A stretch of DNA of 64,000 bases from an uncultured Pelagibacteraceae bacterium (GTDB taxonomy: Bacteria > Pseudomonadota > Alphaproteobacteria > Pelagibacterales > Pelagibacteraceae): the NCBI GenBank assembly GCA_902603215.1, contig CACKTW010000002.1, positions 13,728 to 77,727 on the forward strand, in the 5' to 3' direction. Shown here one piece after another: positions 58,257 through 64,000 of this stretch (positions are counted from its first letter, which is position 1; every line of letters begins with the position of its first letter). The notes beneath the pieces were generated by a model. The model saw nothing but the letters and a program-made list of their open reading frames with translations, did no database searches and was not told the DNA's origin. Both the position numbers and the translations under genes were made by a program.

Positions 58257-59255
58257 TTACATTAAGCCTTTTTCTTTATAATATTTAACTGCTCCTGGAT
58301 GTAATGGTGCAGATAAACCATCCTTGATCATTTTTTTAGGATCTAGATTTGCAAATGCTGGATGTTGTTTTCTAAAATCATCAAGATTTTCAAAAACAGC
58401 TTTTACTACAGCATAAACTAGTTCATCTGGTACATCAGCGCTTGTTACTACTGATGCCATAACTCCAAAAGTTGTTACATCTTTTTTAGATGTTTTATAA
58501 GTGCCTTTTGGAATTGTTGCAAAAGCATAGAAAGGATTGTCAGCAACTAATTTTTTTACAGCATCTGTCTGTAAATCAATTATGTATGCTCCACATCCAT
58601 CTGTTGACTGAGCAACTCCTGCGTTTGGAACACCAACAGTGTAACCAAATGCATCAATTTTTTTATCACAAAGAGCTCCTGACTGTTCTGATGAAGTAAG
58701 TTCAGATGTTGATCCAAAAAAACCAGTATCAACGCCATGTGACTCCATAAGAACTTCAAAAGTTCCTCTTTGACCTGAGCCTGGGTTTCCAATATTTACT
58801 TTTTTGCCTTTTAAAGAGTCCCAATTTTTAATCTTAGAACCTTTTCTAGCAATAATTTGGAACGGCTCCGGATGGGCAGAAAACACTGCTCTCAAATTAT
58901 TAAATGGTTTTACCTTGTCAGGTTTTGTACCATTGTAAGCATGATATTGCCAGTCAGACTGGGCTACACCAAACTGAAGTTCTCCTTCCATTATTTGACC
59001 AATGTTATAAGTCGAGCCTCCTGTAGAAGGTGCTGAGCATCTATATGCTTTATCAGTTCCTTTTTTTCTTCCATGTTCTGCAGACTGTATTTTTGCTACC
59101 ATTTTACAAATGGCATTACCTACTTGAAAGTAGACTCCTGTAGGTCCACCAGTTCCTATGGAAAAGAACTCTGCTGATTTTGCTACATTAGAAAAAGAAA
59201 ATGTCGCAATAAAAATCAGAAGAGAACTAGAAATAGATGAAATTATTTTTTTCAT
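58257..59255 (-). CDS. TAXI-family TRAP transporter solute receptor
   Basis: 332-aa ORF with a signal peptide. GTGGPTGVYFQVGNAIC and the C-terminal PLHPGAVKYYKEKG are typical TAXI signatures. Confidence 0.85.
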   Translation of the reverse strand: MKKIISSISSSLLIFIATFSFSNVAKSAEFFSIGTGGPTGVYFQVGNAICKMVAKIQSAEHGRKKGTDKAYRCSAPSTGGSTYNIGQIMEGELQFGVAQSDWQYHAYNGTKPDKVKPFNNLRAVFSAHPEPFQIIARKGSKIKNWDSLKGKKVNIGNPGSGQRGTFEVLMESHGVDTGFFGSTSELTSSEQSGALCDKKIDAFGYTVGVPNAGVAQSTDGCGAYIIDLQTDAVKKLVADNPFYAFATIPKGTYKTSKKDVTTFGVMASVVTSADVPDELVYAVVKAVFENLDDFRKQHPAFANLDPKKMIKDGLSAPLHPGAVKYYKEKGLM

Positions 59256-59316
59256 TTTTCCTCCTCGATTAATTATTTATTTAGAATTTATCCTAACAAG
59301 AAAAAGGATTTGAGTC

Positions 59317-60543
59317 TCAAAGATTTTCAGACCATTTTTTTAATTTGTTGACTCCATCGACCATATTAGGTGCAAATTTTATAAGTAATTTTTCATCTAT
59401 ATTTTTACAACCTACGGTATTATTTAAAAATTCACTTCCATCAAAATCGGTAAAGCTTAATCTAGCAAGCATTTTTTCTTCTGAAAACCCAAATTCACTT
59501 CCTGGCAACATAGCGACTCCAGTATCATTCAAAATTTTATTACACATTTCAGAAGATGTTTTAAATTTATTATTAATAAATTCTGGCATTAAATAAAAAC
59601 CACCATCAGGTTTGTTGATTAAAACATTGTTCGATTTCAATGTATTATAAACAAATAGTCCAACACTTTTTAAAATATTTTTAGTTGAATCAATATATTT
59701 TGAATGATCATTTGAATAAGCTGATATAGTCGCAAACTGTATTGGCGCACTCACTGAGGAGAAAGATTCGCTAGCTAAAATTTTTAAGGAACTTTTTATT
59801 TCTTTTAATTCATCAGGAAATGCAAAAAAACCCAATCTCCATCCTCCAGCACCACACCATTTACTTAGTCCTGTGCTTATAATCGTCTTTTCAGGACAAA
59901 TATCTGAAATAAATTTACAATTACTTTCAAAAGCAAGTTCAGAATATATTTCATCAGATAAAACTATTATATTATATTTTTTTATAACATCACAAATTTC
60001 ATTAAGATTTTTACAAATATTTCCAGATGGATTGTTTGGGGAATTCAAAAATAAAATATATTTTTTCATTTTATTTTTAATAACTGTTCTTTCTATTTCC
60101 TCAGCTGAGGGAAACCAATTATTTTCTTTTTTTGTATTTAACCAATGAATTTTATTTCTGCCAATTAAAGCTTGTGGAAAATATGAAACCCAACTTGGAA
60201 TAGGCAATAAAATATCGCCTTCAAATGCTATTTGTAAAAGTAACATTAGTTCTTTTGTTCCGGGTCCAATCATAATGTTGTCAGCTTCGTATTTGTTTTT
60301 TTTATTTTTAGTTAAATATTTTGAAACCGAATCTCTTAATTCAAACAATCCTTGCATGGGTAAATATTTATTTTGATGTGCATTTCTTTTTAATTCTTCT
60401 ACTACATCCGTTGGCACAGGAAATGGGGATTGGCCAAATCCAAATTTATAAATTTTCTTTCCTTTCGCTTCTAAAGCTTTGGACTGTTCATTTATAAGCA
60501 GTGTTGCAGAAGGTTTTAGTTTTTTTATTATATCTTTTATCAT
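59317..60543 (-). CDS. PLP-dependent aminotransferase, class I/II
   Basis: 408-aa ORF with NSPNNPSG, SDEIYSEL and the PLP-lysine motif GLSKWCGAGGWRLG. Confidence 0.8.
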   Translation of the reverse strand: MIKDIIKKLKPSATLLINEQSKALEAKGKKIYKFGFGQSPFPVPTDVVEELKRNAHQNKYLPMQGLFELRDSVSKYLTKNKKNKYEADNIMIGPGTKELMLLLQIAFEGDILLPIPSWVSYFPQALIGRNKIHWLNTKKENNWFPSAEEIERTVIKNKMKKYILFLNSPNNPSGNICKNLNEICDVIKKYNIIVLSDEIYSELAFESNCKFISDICPEKTIISTGLSKWCGAGGWRLGFFAFPDELKEIKSSLKILASESFSSVSAPIQFATISAYSNDHSKYIDSTKNILKSVGLFVYNTLKSNNVLINKPDGGFYLMPEFINNKFKTSSEMCNKILNDTGVAMLPGSEFGFSEEKMLARLSFTDFDGSEFLNNTVGCKNIDEKLLIKFAPNMVDGVNKLKKWSENL

Positions 60544-60545
60544 TT

Positions 60546-62507
60546 CTAATTTTTCAATTCTTTCAAATTTTTAAATTGATTTAAAGACTCAGGATTTGCC
60601 AATGCCTCAATATTTTTTATTGGATTCCCTTCTATAATGTTCTTTACAGCAAGTTCAACTATTTTTCCATTTTTAGTTTTTGGAATTTCTTTAACTGAAA
60701 TTATTTTTGATGGAACATGTCTTGGGGATGCATTTTTTTTTATTTGATTTTTCAATTTAATTGAAAGCTTTTCGTCTAATTTATGTTTATGATTTAGAAC
60801 TAAAAATAAAATAATTCTTATATCATTATCCCAGCTTTGTCCAACTACAAGAGATTCTTGAACTTCATCAAATTTTTCAACTTCAGAATAAATTTCTGCA
60901 GTACCCAATCGTACTCCTCCAGGATTAAGTGTTGCGTCAGATCTTCCATGAATTATATATCCGCCGCTGTCTTTTATTTCACCATAATCACCATGATGCC
61001 AGATATTTTGATATTTTAAAAAATAGGCATTTTTATATTTTTCATCATTATGATCATTCCAAAATTTCAAAGGCATTGATGGAAAAGATTTTTTACAAAC
61101 TAATTCTCCTTTTTGATTTTTAATTGATTTTCCATTATCATCAAAAATATCAACATCCATGCCTAAACCTTTATTTTGTATTTCTCCAGAGATAACAGGC
61201 TCATAAATATTTCCAAGAACAAAACATGAAACAATATCTGTGCCTCCAGAAATAGAAGATAGATGAACATCTTTTTTTATATTTTTGTATACGTACTCAA
61301 ATCCATCCTTTGATAAGGGAGATCCCGTTGAACAGATAGTCTTCAAATTAGGAAGTTTAAAATTTTTTTTTATTAAAATTTTTTTTTTTCTTAAAGTATC
61401 AATATATTTAGCACTAATACCAAAAAGACTTACCTTTTCATTTTCAGCTATTCTGAATAACAAATCATCTTTTTTATACATTGGAAAACCATCAAAAAGC
61501 ACAATTGATGCTTTACAAGCTAAGGCGCTAACTAGCCAATTCCACATCATCCATCCACATGTAGTAAAATAAAAAATATTATCATTTTCTTTTATATCAC
61601 AATGCAAAAGATGTTCTTTTAAATGTTGTAATAAAACTCCTCCACTTCTATGACAAATACATTTTGGTTTTCCTGTTGTTCCACTTGAATATAAAATTGC
61701 TAAAGGATGATTAAAATCAAATTTTTCAAATTTAAAATCTTTCCTTTTATTAAGAAGAATATCGTTAAAATTATATTTTTTTATTTTTTTAAATTTTATC
61801 TCTTTTCTCAAATCTTCTTTTTTATCATAATTAATTATAACCACATGTTCAATTGAAGGAACTTTTTTTATAATTTCTTGTGTTCTTTCTAGTACATTTA
61901 TTTTTTTTCCATTATAAAAATATTTATCAACAATAAAAATAACTTTTGGATTAATTTGTGAAAACCTTTCAATTACACCTTCTGTTCCAAAATCTGGTGA
62001 ACATGATGACCATATTGAACCTATTGCAACTGTTCCCAAAAATGCCTCGACTGTTTCAATACTATTAGGCAAATATGCTGCCACTCTATCATTTTTCTTT
62101 ATGTTAATTTCTTTTAACCAGTTCGATAATATAATAACGTCTTGTTTAAGTTGGTTCCAAGTTTTTTCTTTTTTTAAATTATTTTCGCTTATAAAAGTTA
62201 AAGCAATTGAATCATCATTTTTTTTCAACAAATTTTCTGAAAAATTAAGTTTTGAATCAATAAAAAATTCATCTTTAAAAAAAACCTCCGATTCTTCAAA
62301 TATTTTTTGTCCTAATTCACCTTTGACATTTGAAAATTTCCAAACAGATTTCCAAAAGTCACCTCTGTTTTTGATGCTCCAATCAAATATTTTATTAAAA
62401 TCTTTTTCAAAATTAACTTTATATTTTTCCTGAAGAAACCTTTCAAATTTTGATAAATTTGATTTATTTAATCTGTCAACAGAAGACTTCCAAAGCACAT
62501 TGTTCAT
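60546..62507 (-). CDS. acetoacetyl-CoA synthetase (acetoacetate--CoA ligase)
   Basis: 653-aa ORF with the AMP-binding motif YSSGTTGKPKCI. Length and N-terminal region (LW.. FW..VW) fit acetoacetyl-CoA synthetases. It was not separated from acetyl-CoA synthetase by computation. Confidence 0.75.
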   Translation of the reverse strand: MNNVLWKSSVDRLNKSNLSKFERFLQEKYKVNFEKDFNKIFDWSIKNRGDFWKSVWKFSNVKGELGQKIFEESEVFFKDEFFIDSKLNFSENLLKKNDDSIALTFISENNLKKEKTWNQLKQDVIILSNWLKEINIKKNDRVAAYLPNSIETVEAFLGTVAIGSIWSSCSPDFGTEGVIERFSQINPKVIFIVDKYFYNGKKINVLERTQEIIKKVPSIEHVVIINYDKKEDLRKEIKFKKIKKYNFNDILLNKRKDFKFEKFDFNHPLAILYSSGTTGKPKCICHRSGGVLLQHLKEHLLHCDIKENDNIFYFTTCGWMMWNWLVSALACKASIVLFDGFPMYKKDDLLFRIAENEKVSLFGISAKYIDTLRKKKILIKKNFKLPNLKTICSTGSPLSKDGFEYVYKNIKKDVHLSSISGGTDIVSCFVLGNIYEPVISGEIQNKGLGMDVDIFDDNGKSIKNQKGELVCKKSFPSMPLKFWNDHNDEKYKNAYFLKYQNIWHHGDYGEIKDSGGYIIHGRSDATLNPGGVRLGTAEIYSEVEKFDEVQESLVVGQSWDNDIRIILFLVLNHKHKLDEKLSIKLKNQIKKNASPRHVPSKIISVKEIPKTKNGKIVELAVKNIIEGNPIKNIEALANPESLNQFKNLKELKN

Positions 62508-62687
62508 AAAATTCTAGGATAAAATAATTAAAAAAAACAATATAGAAATTATTTTAATTGTGTTAGTCTTAAAACTTTAAAAACTGAAAATGAGAACTTT
62601 TTTCAAACGATTCGGTCATGTTTTAGTCTTCTTTTGTTCTAAGGGATAAGCTACATATAGTATAAACAAAAATCATAAACACAAAAA

Positions 62688-64000
62688 ATGGAATTCAATA
62701 AAAAACAAATCGTTGCAGTTTTAGGCCCAACAAATACTGGGAAAACCTATATGGCAATTGAAACAATGCTAGGTTTTGAGAGTGGAATGTTAGGTTTTCC
62801 TTTAAGACTTCTTGCAAGAGAAGTTTACGACAAAATATGCAAAAAAATTGATTCATCAAAAGTAGCTTTAATCACGGGGGAAGAAAAAATAATTCCTTCA
62901 AATGCTAAATATTATTTATGTACAGTGGAATCGATGCCAATTGATAAATCAGTTGATTTTGTAGGTATTGATGAAATTCAAATGTGTGCAGATCATGAAA
63001 GAGGACATATTTTTACTGACAGACTTCTTAATTTAAGAGGAGAAAAGGTTACAATGTTTTTAGGTTCTGATGTAATCAAGAATATAATTCTTTTACTTAA
63101 AGAAGATATTGAATTTATAAGAAAAACAAGATTGTCAAAATTGGCTTATGGTGGTCATAAAAAAATATCTAGATTAAATAGAAAATCAGCGATTATAGCT
63201 TTCTCTATTGAAGATGTTTATGCAATTGCCGAGCTGGTTAGAAGACAAAAAGGAGGAGCGGCAATTATAATGGGATCTTTAAGTCCAAAAACAAGAAATT
63301 CCCAGGTACAATTATATCAATCTGGTGATGTAGATTATTTAGTAGCAACTGATGCTATTGGCATGGGACTTAATATGGATTTAGATAATGTTTATTTTTC
63401 AAGTTTAAAAAAATTTGATGGAAAAAAACTTAGAAAATTAAATCTTACAGAAATTTCTCAAATAGCTGGAAGAGCTGGAAGATATTTAAATAATGGTAGT
63501 TTTAGTATTACAGGTGATTGTGAAAACTTATCATCAGAAGAAATTGAATTGATTGAAAATCATAAATTAGAAGATTTGACAAGTATTTTTTGGAGAAATT
63601 CTGATTTAAATTTTCAAAATATTAATGCACTTTTAGAATCCCTTGAAGCCAAACCTAAAAAAAGCTTCTTGAGAAGAATTAATGAATGTGAAGATGAAAA
63701 AATATTGAAATATTTTTTAAAAGATCCTTCCAAATTTAATATTCAAAATAAAAAAGATATTCTGAAAACTTTATGGGAATGTTGTCAAATACCCGATTTT
63801 GTAAAACAAACTTATGGTCATCATTTAGAAGTGGTCAGCAAAGTTTTTAATTTTTTAACTACTGGGAAAAAAAGAGTTCCAAATAGTTATATGAAAGAAG
63901 AATTAAAAAATTTAGATAAACTAACAGGAAATGTAGATTCTATAACTAATAGAATTGCAAATGTAAGAACTTGGTCTTATGTGAGTAATAAAAAAAACTG
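62688..64000 (+). CDS. SUV3-like ATP-dependent helicase, 5' part (runs off the window)
   Basis: Not in the track because it is edge-truncated. ATG at 62688 gives MEFNKKQIVAVLGPTNTGKTYMAIE.. (Walker A), GIDEIQM (DExH-like) and QIAGRAGR (motif VI). Confidence 0.7.
   Translation, partial: MEFNKKQIVAVLGPTNTGKTYMAIETMLGFESGMLGFPLRLLAREVYDKICKKIDSSKVALITGEEKIIPSNAKYYLCTVESMPIDKSVDFVGIDEIQMCADHERGHIFTDRLLNLRGEKVTMFLGSDVIKNIILLLKEDIEFIRKTRLSKLAYGGHKKISRLNRKSAIIAFSIEDVYAIAELVRRQKGGAAIIMGSLSPKTRNSQVQLYQSGDVDYLVATDAIGMGLNMDLDNVYFSSLKKFDGKKLRKLNLTEISQIAGRAGRYLNNGSFSITGDCENLSSEEIELIENHKLEDLTSIFWRNSDLNFQNINALLESLEAKPKKSFLRRINECEDEKILKYFLKDPSKFNIQNKKDILKTLWECCQIPDFVKQTYGHHLEVVSKVFNFLTTGKKRVPNSYMKEELKNLDKLTGNVDSITNRIANVRTWSYVSNKKN

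Noticed and set aside
62558-62570. TTGTGTTAGTCTT, an 11/13 match to the pilus-spacer motif, in the acetoacetyl-CoA synthetase/helicase divergent spacer
   Set aside because: It is a single imperfect copy in AT-rich DNA and could easily be chance. Worth including only in a genome-wide motif scan.

Overview
AT-rich, very gene-dense bacterial chromosome segment with tiny or overlapping spacers. The style and gene content fit a streamlined marine alphaproteobacterium of the SAR11/Pelagibacterales type; that is inference only. Left part: 3'-truncated gyrB, tRNA-Ser(GGA), and a ~6.5 kb sugar-modification island. The island carries a sulfotransferase, DUF4422-like and GT17-like glycosyltransferases, an FdtA/WxcM cupin, an SDR epimerase/dehydratase, and C- and other methyltransferases. 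Next comes the conserved minus-strand block lepA-pheT-pheS-rplT-rpmI-infC-thrS, then a GT4 glycosyltransferase, a hydrolase, gltBD, uppP and an EamA transporter. After that lie a pyruvate dehydrogenase pair in which the lipoyl domain sits on E1 rather than E2, a thiolase and tRNA-Arg(ACG). Centre (32.6-54.8 kb): a complete type IVa pilus super-locus. It holds ten tandem intact pilin genes, pilC-pilB-pilQ-pilP-pilO and a fused pilM-pilN with an extra N-terminal domain (all minus strand). A 654-bp spacer studded with nine copies of a TGTGTTAGAG motif follows. On the plus strand come pilT, four minor pilins, an orphan secreted protein and a PilY1 with an NHL propeller inserted in its vWA domain, with convergent pilD at the end. 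Right part: PaaI thioesterase, a TAXI-TRAP transporter, an aminotransferase, acetoacetyl-CoA synthetase and the 5' part of a SUV3-like helicase. I saw no rRNA, CRISPR array, transposase or integrase gene. The most unusual signals are the pilin array, the motif-rich divergent control region together with the PilMN fusion, and the E1-borne lipoyl domain.
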